DNA from: Nitrospirota bacterium
GTDB lineage: Bacteria; Nitrospirota; UBA9217
DNA length: 64,000 bases
Assembly (NCBI GenBank): GCA_963818475.1
Contig: CAWFSF010000006.1
Location: 768,001 to 832,000 of the forward strand
Direction of reading: 5' to 3'
In this document: positions 1-9,665 of the stretch, piece by piece
Numbering within the stretch: the stretch's first letter is position 1
Layout of the letters: every line of letters starts with the position of its first letter
Position numbers and translations under genes: made by a program
The notes under the pieces: model-generated
What the model saw: only the letters and a program-made list of their open reading frames with translations
Database searches by the model: none
Told to the model about the DNA's origin: nothing

Positions 1-394
1 TTATTGTGCTTCATTTTCCTGTTTGCTTCTGCTGCCCTGGCCCAGTTTCCTGTCATTAGTGCCGACGACGTCAAGGTATGGATGCGCGGCAAAGCAGAAG
101 GTCGTGCTCATTGACTCGCGGCTGCCTGAGGAATATCAACAGGCCCATCTTCCGGGAGCCATCAGCATCCCGGCAGAGCGCATGAAGCTGGAGGCGAAAA
201 AGCTTCCCAAGGACAAGACCACGCCGCTCATTTTTTATTGCCGGGGCGAGGGATGCACTCTCAGCAGGACTGCGGCATATGCTGCGATGGAAATGGGATA
301 CACCCATCTTATGATCTATCAGGCGGGATTGCCTGACTGGCTGCTGCGCGGGAACCCGGTCCAAAAGGGCGACAAGCCGGGATCGCTCAAGTAA
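1..394 (+). CDS. Secreted rhodanese-like domain protein (5' partial, frameshift near 90)
   Basis: Frame 1 reads a signal-peptide end LLCFIFLFASAALAQFPVISADDVK. It continues after a frameshift as VVLIDSR..EY..AHLPGAISIP..IFYCRGEGC, the rhodanese signature with an active-site Cys. Confidence 0.8.
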   Translation, partial: YCASFSCLLLLPWPSFLSLVPTTSRYGCAAKQKVVLIDSRLPEEYQQAHLPGAISIPAERMKLEAKKLPKDKTTPLIFYCRGEGCTLSRTAAYAAMEMGYTHLMIYQAGLPDWLLRGNPVQKGDKPGSLK

Positions 395-419
395 GGCGCG
401 GAACAGGAGATACGATAGC

Positions 420-1223
420 ATGGCCATAAAGAGAGAAAAAGAGAACTATACGATCCAGTCCGTGTCGCATGCGCTGGACATCCTCGAGTCCTTTACCAAG
501 AACGAGGACGAACTCGGCGTGACCGGTCTGTCAAAACGACTGGGACTGCACAAGAACAATGTCTTCCGTTTGCTTGCCACGCTTGAGCACCGGGGCTATA
601 TCGAGCAGAACCATCTGACCGAGAACTACCGCCTCGGCCCGAAGACGCTGCAGATCGGATCGATCTTCATCGAGCAGCGGGAGTGCCGCCGGCAGGCGCG
701 GCCGATCCTCGAGGGCCTCATGGCATCCTCGGGAGAGACGGCGGTGGTGGCGGTGTTGCGCGGCAATAAAGTGATCTATATGGACAGCGTCGAGACCGAC
801 AGGACGGTGCGGGCCGTGTCGCGCATCGGGGCCATGCTCCCGGCGTACTGCACGGCAGTCGGAAAGATCCAGCTTGCCCAGCTCGCGGCTGACGATGTCG
901 AACGGTTGTACCCGGAGCGCGACCTGCCTGTCGTCACCACGAAGACGATCACCAGCCGCGCTGTCCTGGCTGCTGAACTGAAGAAGGCGCTGGAGCAGGG
1001 ATATGCGCTGGAGAACGAGGAGGCCGAGCTCGAAGTGCGCAGCATTGCCGCCCCGATCAGGGATTTTTCGAAGAAGGTCATTGCAGCCGTGGGCATTGTG
1101 GCGCCGGCAAGCCGGCTGACCGACGAACGGATCGAAAAGAACAGGATCAGCGCCATGCTCATCGAGGCCGGCAATGCCATTTCCGTCAAGATGGGCTGCA
1201 GCGGCCCCCTCGCGAAGAAGTAA
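420..1223 (+). CDS. IclR family transcriptional regulator
   Basis: N-terminal IQSVSHALDILE HTH, YRLG motif, CTAVGK, and C-terminal GYALENEE..VRSIAAPI IclR signature. Confidence 0.95.
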   Translation: MAIKREKENYTIQSVSHALDILESFTKNEDELGVTGLSKRLGLHKNNVFRLLATLEHRGYIEQNHLTENYRLGPKTLQIGSIFIEQRECRRQARPILEGLMASSGETAVVAVLRGNKVIYMDSVETDRTVRAVSRIGAMLPAYCTAVGKIQLAQLAADDVERLYPERDLPVVTTKTITSRAVLAAELKKALEQGYALENEEAELEVRSIAAPIRDFSKKVIAAVGIVAPASRLTDERIEKNRISAMLIEAGNAISVKMGCSGPLAKK

Positions 1224-1293
1224 CAACAGCCTGCATCGGGGCGTCCGAGTCCTTTGTTGACACCTTCGATTCAGCTATGTTATTATCGCTCGA

Positions 1294-2124
1294 ATGATGA
1301 GAGAACAAAAATGGGACCGTCTCCGGGAACTGCTCCGGGAGATGAAGCTTGCCGTCCTTGCCTATTCAGGCGGGGTGGACAGTTCCCTGCTGCTTCGCGC
1401 GGCATCGGAGGTCATGGGGCCGCACTTGATCGCGGTCACCGCTGTTTCCGATACCTACCCGCAGGGCGAACTCGAGGCCGCGCAGGCCTTCGTCCGCAGT
1501 CTCGGCGTTACGCACCGCATCCTTCACACCGGAGAACTGGATAACGAGCAGTTCGTGCAGAACACGCCAGAACGCTGCCTTCACTGCAAGACCGAGCTGT
1601 TCGCAAAACTCGCTGCCATAGCCGCCACCGAAGGGATCCCCTTCATTCTTGACGGTTCGAACACCGACGATCTCACGGACCATCGCCCGGGAAGACGGGC
1701 GGCTGAAGCCTATTCCGTGCGGAGCCCGCTGGTAGAAGCGGGGATCAATAAGGCCGATGTCCGCCACCTCGCCTCGTTGCTGAACCTTCCCCAGTGGGAC
1801 AAACCGTCGCTCGCCTGCCTTTCCTCCCGCATTCCCTACGGCACCAGGATCACCAGGGATATCCTCGACAGGGTCCAGCGGGCGGAGGACTGTCTGCACG
1901 GTCTCGGCTTCCGTCAGGTGCGCGTACGCCATCATGGCGATACGGCGCGCATCGAGCTCGACAAAAACGATTTTTCGCGGCTGCTTGCCGCTGATGTTGC
2001 GGACCGGGTGGTGGCATCGCTCAAGGAACTGGGATATACCTATGTCAGCCTCGACCTTGCCGGGTATAGGACGGGGAGCATGAATTTAGGATTGGACAGC
2101 GTAAGTAATCAACAAAGAATATAA
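1294..2124 (+). CDS. larE: ATP-dependent sulfur transferase, LarE family (PP-loop)
   Basis: AYSGGVDS PP-loop, RCLHCK, DGSNTDD..DHRPG, KPSLACLSSRIPYG, RVRHHG, C-terminal GYRTGSMN. Confidence 0.9.
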   Translation: MMREQKWDRLRELLREMKLAVLAYSGGVDSSLLLRAASEVMGPHLIAVTAVSDTYPQGELEAAQAFVRSLGVTHRILHTGELDNEQFVQNTPERCLHCKTELFAKLAAIAATEGIPFILDGSNTDDLTDHRPGRRAAEAYSVRSPLVEAGINKADVRHLASLLNLPQWDKPSLACLSSRIPYGTRITRDILDRVQRAEDCLHGLGFRQVRVRHHGDTARIELDKNDFSRLLAADVADRVVASLKELGYTYVSLDLAGYRTGSMNLGLDSVSNQQRI

Positions 2125-2228
2125 CCTTTGACACGGAAGAAGCTGATAACGGCTATGATAAAGGCGGATACACCAAGGTCTTATCCTGATTTTTCATAAT
2201 TTAATCCGCCCTGATCCGTGTCAAAGGT
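2124..2228. repeat. Intergenic inverted-repeat element (MITE-like)
   Basis: Perfect 14-bp terminal inverted repeat ACCTTTGACACGGA (2124-2137) / TCCGTGTCAAAGGT (2215-2228), plus an inner GGCGGAT/ATCCGCC pair. Confidence 0.7.
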
Positions 2229-2305
2229 CTTTTGCCTGTTTCCGTTGTTGTAGGTTTCGCCCGGTTAGAAATAACATCATAATATCCGCGGTACGAGGTG
2301 GGAAG

Positions 2306-3583
2306 ATGAAGGTATTGGTTATAGGCGGTGGGGGCAGGGAGCATGCGCTGGTCTGGAAGGTCTCGCAGAGCCCGCGGGTCGCGAAGATCTATGCAGCGCC
2401 GGGCAACGCAGGCATTTCGCAGCTGGCTGAATGCGTGCCGGTGAAGTCCGACGATATCTCCGGGCTGCTCGCGTTTGCCAAAGCGAACAGGATCGATCTT
2501 ACGATCGTCGGCCCCGAGGTCCCGCTCTCCATGGGCATTGTCGATGAGTTCGTACAGGCAGGCCTGCGCATCTTCGGCCCGAGCAAAAAGGCCGCGGAGA
2601 TCGAGGCAAGCAAGACCTTTACGAAGGACCTCATGAAGAAATACCATATTCCCTCGTCGGAGTACGGGATCTTCACGGACCGAAAGGCTGCCGAGGCCTA
2701 CGTGCGCGAAAAGGGAGCGCCCATCGTGGTGAAGGCCGACGGTCTGGCCGCAGGCAAGGGCGTGGTCGTTGCCGAGACCGTGGAGGAAGCGCTTGCCGCC
2801 CTCGATATGATCATGGCCCAAAAAGCTTTTGGCGCTGCCGGAGACCGCGTGGTGATCGAAGAGTGCCTGAAAGGGGAGGAAGCGTCGTTCATGGCCTTTA
2901 CGGACGGCAAGACCGTGGTGCCCATGGCGTCGTCGCAGGACCATAAACGCGTGTTCGATCTGGACAAAGGGCCGAACACGGGAGGCATGGGCGCCTATTC
3001 TCCTGCTCCCATCGTGACCAGGGCGATCGAGCGCCAGGTCATGGAAAAGGTGATGATCCCGACGGTGCAGGCCATGGAAAAGGAAGGCCGTCTGTTCAAG
3101 GGCGTGCTTTACGCCGGCCTCATGATCCATGAAGGCGTGGCCAAAGTGCTTGAGTTCAACGCGCGCTTCGGCGATCCCGAGACGCAGCCGATCATGTCCC
3201 GGCTCGATACGGACCTGATCGACATCATCGAGGCCATCCTGGACAACTCGCTCGCGAAGGTCGCGATCACGTGGAAACCCGATTCAGCGGTCTGCGTGGT
3301 CATGGCATCAGGCGGGTATCCCGGCGAATACGAGAAGGACAGGGAGATCACGGGCCTTGAAAAAGCGGCAATCCGGAAGCAGGTGATGGTCTTTCACTCG
3401 GGAACAGCGCTGCGGAACGGCAAGGTCGTGACCGACGGCGGCAGGGTGCTCGGGGTCACGGGACTGGGGCCGAGCGTTGCCGCTGCCATTGATCATGCCT
3501 ATGCCGCAGTGCGGGACATTTCCTTTGACGGGGCGCACTATCGCAAGGACATCGGCGCGCGGGCGCTCGAGACGGGGAGCTGA
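2306..3583 (+). CDS. purD: Phosphoribosylamine--glycine ligase
   Basis: MKVLVIGGGGREHAL, VVKADGLAAGKGV, QDHKR..GPNTGGMGAYSP, EFNARFGDPETQ. Confidence 0.98.
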   Translation: MKVLVIGGGGREHALVWKVSQSPRVAKIYAAPGNAGISQLAECVPVKSDDISGLLAFAKANRIDLTIVGPEVPLSMGIVDEFVQAGLRIFGPSKKAAEIEASKTFTKDLMKKYHIPSSEYGIFTDRKAAEAYVREKGAPIVVKADGLAAGKGVVVAETVEEALAALDMIMAQKAFGAAGDRVVIEECLKGEEASFMAFTDGKTVVPMASSQDHKRVFDLDKGPNTGGMGAYSPAPIVTRAIERQVMEKVMIPTVQAMEKEGRLFKGVLYAGLMIHEGVAKVLEFNARFGDPETQPIMSRLDTDLIDIIEAILDNSLAKVAITWKPDSAVCVVMASGGYPGEYEKDREITGLEKAAIRKQVMVFHSGTALRNGKVVTDGGRVLGVTGLGPSVAAAIDHAYAAVRDISFDGAHYRKDIGARALETGS

Positions 3584-4351
3584 TGGCGCAAAAAGCCACC
3601 ATAACCGCGATCGCCCGTTTTCTGAACAGAACGCTGCGGGTCAGGTCCATCAAGGACGCTTCCGTGAACGGCCTGCAGGTGCGGTCGCGCAAAGCCGGGG
3701 AGATCAGGATGGTCGGTTTTGCCGTCGACGGGTGCCTGTCGACCTTTGAGAAGGCGAAAGAACTGGGTGTGGAACTGCTGGTGGTGCACCATGGCATAGC
3801 CTGGAGGCCGCAAAAGGACCGGGACCTGGAGAAGGGCCGGGCTGCCTGGCTCAGGAAGAACAACATGGCGCTCTATGCGGTGCATCTGCCGCTCGATCTG
3901 CATGAGGAATACGGGAACAACATGCAGCTCTGCCGTTTGCTCGGGGTGCAGGACCCGAAAAAATTCGGGAGATATCACGGCATCAAGATCGGCTACGCAG
4001 GGACCTTCAAGAGGGCTGTCAGCCTGAATGCCGCAGCATCCGTCCTGAACCGAGGATCTGGACACCCAATGCCGCGTTCTTCCCTTCGGGAGCAAACGGC
4101 TCAGCTCGATCGGGATCATCTCCGGCGGCGGAGGAAGCCTGTTAAAAGAAGCCTGCTCAGCCAAGCTCGACTGCTTTCTGGTGGGAGAGATCGATCTGGC
4201 GGTGTACAACGCGGCGCGGGAATACGGCATGAACCTCATTGTGGCCGGCCACTATGCGACCGAGACCGTCGGGGTGAAGGCCCTGCTGCCGCTGGTCAGG
4301 GAGTCTTTTGGCGTGAACACGGTATTTGTGCCGGATAAAAAAGAGCTATAG
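3583..4351 (+). CDS. Nif3-like dinuclear metal center protein (frameshift near 4055)
   Basis: NGLQV, LLVVHHG and YAVHLPLD in the first frame. The alternate frame continues IGIISGGG..GE..IVAGHYATETVGVKAL to TAG at 4349-4351. Confidence 0.85.
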
Positions 4352-4388
4352 CTGTCCGTAGGGGCAGTAAATGAAAACGAATTATATA

Positions 4389-4468
4389 TGCCGACGAGTC
4401 GGCACCACGGTGAATGAAACCCCTCACCCTACCCTCTCCCCTCGGGGGAGAGGATAAAGGTGAGGGGG
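4389..4468. repeat. Compound REP-like palindromic repeat, copy 1
   Basis: TGCCGAC-GA-GTCGGCA hairpin followed by CCCTCACCCTACCCTCTCCCCTCGGGGGAGAGGATAAAGGTGAGGG. A near-identical copy is at 8086-8158. Confidence 0.8.
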
Positions 4469-4495
4469 ATTTACAGGTGAAGGAAGGGAGTTGTT

Positions 4496-5174
4496 ATGGC
4501 CAAACCAGTAGTAGGGATCTTGATGGGGAGCGATTCCGATCTCCCGGTCATGCAGGAAGCGGCAGCCATGCTGCAGGAGTTCGGCATTGAATATGAGATG
4601 TCGATCGCTTCGGCGCACCGGACGCCCAAAAAAGTGCATGGAGTACAGCCAGACCGCTGAGAAGCGCGGGATCAAGGTCATCATTGCCGGCGCCGGCTGG
4701 GCAGCGCATCTGGCCGGTGTCATCGCGTCGCACACGACGCTCCCGGTGATCGGCGTGCCGATCGATTCTTCGCCGCTCAAGGGGCTTGATGCGCTCCTGG
4801 CCACGGCGCAGATGCCGGCCGGCGTGCCGGTAGCCACGATGTCCCTGGGCAAATCGGGCGCGAAGAACGCAGGGATCTTTGCAGCGCAGATCATCGCCAC
4901 GAGCGACGTAAAGATCGCGAACCGGATCAAGGTCTTCAAAGTGGAGATGGAACGCGAAGTGGAGGAAAAGGCGAAGCGGCTCATTGCCATTTCAACCGTC
5001 AGGCCGACACTGAAAGAAGCAAAAGAACCGAAAGAGCTGAGAGAACCAAAAGAGCCGAGAGAACCAAAGGAGCCTGAAGCTGCCGAGGCTGCGCCGGCCA
5101 AAAAGAAATCGCGCCGCCGGCGCTGGAAGAAAAAGACGGGTGGCACGACGCCCGGTCAGGAACCGGCATCGTGA
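4496..5174 (+). CDS. purE: N5-CAIR mutase with charged low-complexity C-terminal extension (frameshift near 4630)
   Basis: [27 protein letters not shown], then [34 protein letters not shown]. The frameshift lies in an A7 run. Confidence 0.92.
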
Positions 5175-6023
5175 GGACCGACCTCGAGTGTCTGCCCTGT
5201 TTCTTCGGCCAGATCACCCGAACCTTGAAGCACGCAGGCGTCAACGGGGACCAGGGCCGCAGCATCGCGCGCCGGGCCGGAGAGATCGTCGCCAGCGCCT
5301 CCCTTGATGAGGTGCCGGCACGGACCTCAACGCTCATCCACCGGTTTTTGCGCTCGGAGAGCGGCGTCGACCCCTACCATGAGGTCAAGACAACGTACAA
5401 CCGCATCGCCCTGGACCTGCTGCCGGAGCTTATGCGGATCGCTGGGCGGCATGCCGGACCGGCTTGAGGGCGGGGTCCGGGCAGCCATTGCCGGCAACGT
5501 CATCGACTTCGGCATCTATGATCACATCGATCTGCGGCGCTCCATTGAAGAGTCCTTCCATCTTGAACTTTCCCGGGGTTCCTTTGATGCCTTTCGGCGC
5601 GCCGTAGAAACCGCCGGCCGCATCCTCTATCTGTGCGACAATGCCGGCGAGATCGTGTTCGACCGCGTGCTGCTCCGGATCCTGCAGGAGAAGGGGAAAT
5701 CAGTGACCGTGGCGGTCAAGGGCGCGCCGGTCATTAACGATGCAACGCTCGATGACGCGGCTGAAGCCGCGATGACGGAATATGCCGAGCTCATCGACAA
5801 CGGCAGCGACGGGATCGGCACGCTTCTCGAGTCCTGTTCGGAACGTTTTCAGGACGCCTACCGGTCGGCCGACATGATCATCAGCAAAGGCCAGGCTAAT
5901 TTCGAGACTCTGGAGCAGACGCGCGATCCGCGCCTGTTCTTTCTGTTCAAGGTAAAATGCCCGGTGGTCGGCCGCGCATTGGGCCGGGAGAATGGCGATA
6001 TCGTGCTGACGCAGGGTTCCTGA
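5171..6023 (+). CDS. Damage-control phosphatase, ARMT1/DUF89 family (frameshift near 5445)
   Basis: ECLPC N-terminus, DPY..K..N, AIAGNVIDFG, YLCDNAGEIVFD, INDAT, ISKGQANFETL, KVKC. Confidence 0.88.
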
Positions 6024-6054
6024 ATTTCGAATTGCGGATTTCGGATTGCGGATT
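6024..6054. repeat. Heptamer tandem repeat arm (TTCGGAT/TGCGGAT family)
   Basis: ATTTCGAATTGCGGATTTCGGATTGCGGATT immediately after the stop codon. The same family recurs at 23906, 24769, 29859, 37750, 40273 and 60751. Confidence 0.75.
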
Positions 6055-6092
6055 TTTCTGTTCCCAACTGTTATCTGCAGAAAATATGATCT

Positions 6093-6743
6093 ATGGGCGC
6101 AGAGATAGTTACCTTTGATCCGGTTCATCCTGATCCGGCGTTTGCGCGTTGCAGCGACGTCATTAGTGCGGGGGGCGTCATCGCCTATCCCACGGATACG
6201 TTCTACGGGCTTGGCGCTGATCCGAGGAACCCCGATGCCGTCAAAAGGCTTTTTGAGATCAAAGGCAGGCCGGCTGGTCAGCCGATCCTGCTTCTGCTGC
6301 ACGACCGCAGCATGGTGCGGGAATGGGCACAGGGGATTACGTCAGAGGCGGCAGCGCTCATGGATGCCTTCTGGCCCGGTCCGTTGACCCTGGTCTTCAC
6401 CGCACTGCCGACTGTGCTTCAGGAATTGACCGGAGGCACGGGTCGTATCGGCCTCCGGGTACCGGGCAATACAGTGACGCGTCGTTTGCTGGAAGCTCTG
6501 GGGACAGCGCTCACCGGGACGAGCGCCAACCGTTCAGGAGGCCCTGACCTGCAGACAGCCCGGGACGTGGCCGGGGTGCTCGGAGAGCGGGTGGACCTGA
6601 TCCTCGACGCCGGCAGAACATCGGGAGGGAAAGCGTCGACCGTCGTCGATGTCAGCGCTGCCGGACTGACGCTGGTCCGCGAAGGTGCTGTTTCAGAACA
6701 AGAGCTCAGGGACACCTGGCATAAATTCAAGAAAAAGGCCTGA
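6093..6743 (+). CDS. tsaC: L-threonylcarbamoyladenylate synthase (Sua5/YrdC/TsaC)
   Basis: YPTDTFYGLGAD, IKGRP, FWPGPLTLV, IGLRVP, TGTSANRSG, STVVD. Confidence 0.95.
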   Translation: MGAEIVTFDPVHPDPAFARCSDVISAGGVIAYPTDTFYGLGADPRNPDAVKRLFEIKGRPAGQPILLLLHDRSMVREWAQGITSEAAALMDAFWPGPLTLVFTALPTVLQELTGGTGRIGLRVPGNTVTRRLLEALGTALTGTSANRSGGPDLQTARDVAGVLGERVDLILDAGRTSGGKASTVVDVSAAGLTLVREGAVSEQELRDTWHKFKKKA

Positions 6744-6754
6744 AAGGAATTTGC

Positions 6755-8074
6755 ATGAAAAAAGTATTTGTTCTGGACACCAACGTACTGCTCCACGATC
6801 CCCGGGCGATCTTTTCGTTCGAGGACAACGATGTGGTGATCCCCATCGTGGTGATCGAGGAACTCGACAAGTTCAAGAAGGGCGTTGACGAGATCGGCAG
6901 GAACGCGCGCCAGGTCTCGCGGATCCTTGACGAATACCGGCTGAAGGGCAAACTTTCGCAGGGCGTGCCGCTCGAAGGCGGGGGGAACCTGCGCGTCGAG
7001 CTGAACCACCAGTCGCCGGAGCACCTGCCGAATGAACTGATTGCGGAAAAGGCGGACAACCGGATCCTTGCCACTGCCCTGAACCTGAAGCATGACGACC
7101 TGCCGGTGATCCTGGTGACCAAGGACACGAACCTTCGCATCAAGGCCGACGCGCTCGGCATGACGGCCGAGGACTACGAGTCGGACACGATCACGCTCGA
7201 CGAACTGTACTCCGGCGAGACCGAACTGCTGGTGGCGCCGGGTGCGATCGACGATTTCTATGCCAGGGGAGAACTGCAGCCCGGGGATCCGACGCCCCTG
7301 CCGAACCAGTTCGTGCTGCTGAAGAACAGCGCCAACGAGTCGCAGACGGCGCTGGCGCGGTACAGCAAACAGAAGAACGCTTTTGTCCCGATCGCCAACG
7401 CCAAAGCACGGCGTCTGGGGCATCTCCGCAAAGAACAAGCAGCAGCAGTTCGCCCTCGACCTGCTTGCTGAACGACGATATCCGCCTGGTGACGCTGGTG
7501 GGCAAGGCGGGCACCGGCAAGACGCTGCTCGCTCTTGCCGCGGGACTGGAAAAGACCATCGAAGTGCGGTCGTTCCAGCGGCTGGTCGTATCCCGCCCCG
7601 TGTTCCCCATGGGCAAGGACATCGGATTCCTGCCCGGCGATATCGATGAGAAGCTGCAGGCCCTGGATGCAGCCCATCCGCGACAACCTCGATTTCCTCG
7701 TCGGCTCCTCGGGCGGGCCCGGCCGGGTCAAGGGAAAGAAGGACCTGCAGAGCCTCTTCGATCTCGGCATGATCGAGGTCGAGCCGCTCACCTACATCCG
7801 CGGCCGGAGCATGCCGAACCAGTACCTGATCGTGGACGAAGCGCAGAACCTGACGCCCCACGAGATCAAGACGATCATTACGCGCGCCGGCGAGGGCACC
7901 AAGGTCGTGCTGACCGGCGATCCCTATCAGATCGACAACCCCTACATCGATTCATCGAGCAACGGGCTCACCTACGTGGTCGACCGGTTCAAGGAAGAGT
8001 CCATTGCCGGTCATATCACGCTGGTGAAGGGTGAGCGTTCCGACCTTGCGGAACTGGCAGCAACGCTCTTGTAA
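6755..8074 (+). CDS. PIN-PhoH (PhoH2/YlaK-type) protein, three frameshifts
   Basis: PIN domain FVLDTNVLLHDP..VIEELD..DNRIL..VTKDTNLRIKA. PhoH domain GKAGTGKTLLA, IGFLPG, YIRGRS, IVDEAQN, TGDPYQID, RSDLAE. Spread over three ORFs. Confidence 0.9.
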
Positions 8075-8085
8075 CCATAACAGCC

Positions 8086-8158
8086 CTGCCGACTTGTCGG
8101 CAGAACAATGAATGAAAACCCTCACCCTACCCTCTCCCCTCGGGGGAGAGGATAAAGG
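8086..8158. repeat. Compound REP-like palindromic repeat, copy 2
   Basis: CTGCCGAC-TT-GTCGGCAG hairpin plus CCCTCACCCTACCCTCTCCCCTCGGGGGAGAGGATAAAGG, matching 4389-4468. Confidence 0.8.
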
Positions 8159-8211
8159 AATGTACGGATGCAACACATATCCTAACCTGTCCACCATAAA
8201 AGGAGAGACCA

Positions 8212-8670
8212 ATGGCAAAAAACACATGCGCTACACCGGGTTTTGAAAAGCTGCTCGTTGCAACGGACGGCTCTCAGTTCAGCAAGGCAGCAGTCCAGGA
8301 GGCGATCGCTCTCGCCCGTGCCTGCTCAAGCACCCTGTACGTTCTGCTGGTGATCGAAGTAAACGCCGAGATCGATCTCTGGGCCGCCGAGGCTGCGGAC
8401 AAACTTGAAAAAGAAATGAGGAAGTATCTCGACGGGATAAAGGCGAAGGCGGCAAAAGAGGGGGTCAAATGCGAGACCATCCTGCATCTTGGCGATGAGC
8501 CCTACAAGGATATTGTTTCCGAAGCCGCCAAGCGGAAGGTCAAAACGATCATTATGGGCAGCCACGGGCGCACCGGACTGACCCGGCTCATGATGGGCAG
8601 TGTCGTCTCACGCGTCATCGGCCACGCTCCCTGCAAGGTACTGGTGGTTCCGACAAAGGCCGGCAAATAG
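8212..8670 (+). CDS. Universal stress protein (UspA family)
   Basis: KLLVATDGS..S..A, IIMGSHGRTGL..MGSV..RVIGHAPCKVLVVP. Confidence 0.95.
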   Translation: MAKNTCATPGFEKLLVATDGSQFSKAAVQEAIALARACSSTLYVLLVIEVNAEIDLWAAEAADKLEKEMRKYLDGIKAKAAKEGVKCETILHLGDEPYKDIVSEAAKRKVKTIIMGSHGRTGLTRLMMGSVVSRVIGHAPCKVLVVPTKAGK

Positions 8671-8785
8671 TGCGGCAGAATGTTTTGGATCCGGGCTTGC
8701 GGAACTGCTGCACTTGAAACAGGGCGAGCCTGGATTCAATTTCTTGCTGGAAAAATCCCTGAAGAGTGTGGTACTATAGAGCGTT

Positions 8786-9652
8786 ATGGCGAAAATTCTT
8801 GAAAAACGGCTCATTCGCAAGCCCGATGTCTTTTACTACAAGATCGCGGCTCCGCTGATCTCGAAGAAGGCCCTGCCAGGCCAGTTCGTCATTATCCGCC
8901 TGCATGACAAAGGCGAACGGATCCCACTCTCTCTTGCCGCTATTGACCCCGCAGAAGGGACAATCAGCCTGATCGTGATGTCGGTCGGGAAGACCACGCA
9001 TCAGTTCTCCACGTTCAATGCCGGAGATGATATCCTCGATCTCTGCGGTCCCCTCGGCCAGCCCACCCATGTGGAAAACGTGGGGAGGGTGGTGCTGGTG
9101 GGCGGCGGTTTTGGTGTGGCGCCGCTCTATCCCATCGCCCGTGCGTTCAAGGAAGCCGGGAACGCGGTAACGGTCGTCATGGGCGCCCGCAGCAGCGATC
9201 TCCTCATCTACGAGCAGGAAATGCAGCAGGTTGCTGACCGGGTGGTCATTACGACTGACGATGGGAGCAGGGGGATGAAGGGCGTGGTGACCACCGCGCT
9301 CGTGCAGGAACTGGAGCAGCGCGGCGCGGACCTGGTCGTCTGCGTCGGCCCTGCGATAATGATGAAATTCGTGGCCGATGCCACGAAGCCCTTTAAGGTC
9401 CCGACCATAGTCAGCCTGAATCCGATCATGGTCGATGGCACCGGCATGTGCGGCGGGTGCCGGGTGACCGTCGGCGGTGTTACCAAGTTCGCCTGTGTGG
9501 ACGGCCCGGAATTTGACGGGCACCTGGTGGATTGGGAATCGCTGATGCAGCGTCAGAAGGGATATCACCGGGAAGAGCGGGAATCCTTTGACGCCTGGAA
9601 GGACCGGCACCAGCGCATGCTCGATAAAGATCATCAACCCCTCTGCGAATAG
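8786..9652 (+). CDS. Sulfide/dihydroorotate dehydrogenase-like FAD/NAD-binding subunit (NfnA/SudB-like)
   Basis: PGQFVII..GERIPLS, GPLG, VGGGFGVAP, and MVDGTGMCGGCRV..FACVDGPEFDGH [2Fe-2S] motif. Confidence 0.9.
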   Translation: MAKILEKRLIRKPDVFYYKIAAPLISKKALPGQFVIIRLHDKGERIPLSLAAIDPAEGTISLIVMSVGKTTHQFSTFNAGDDILDLCGPLGQPTHVENVGRVVLVGGGFGVAPLYPIARAFKEAGNAVTVVMGARSSDLLIYEQEMQQVADRVVITTDDGSRGMKGVVTTALVQELEQRGADLVVCVGPAIMMKFVADATKPFKVPTIVSLNPIMVDGTGMCGGCRVTVGGVTKFACVDGPEFDGHLVDWESLMQRQKGYHREERESFDAWKDRHQRMLDKDHQPLCE

Positions 9653-9665
9653 GAACGGTAGCTTC

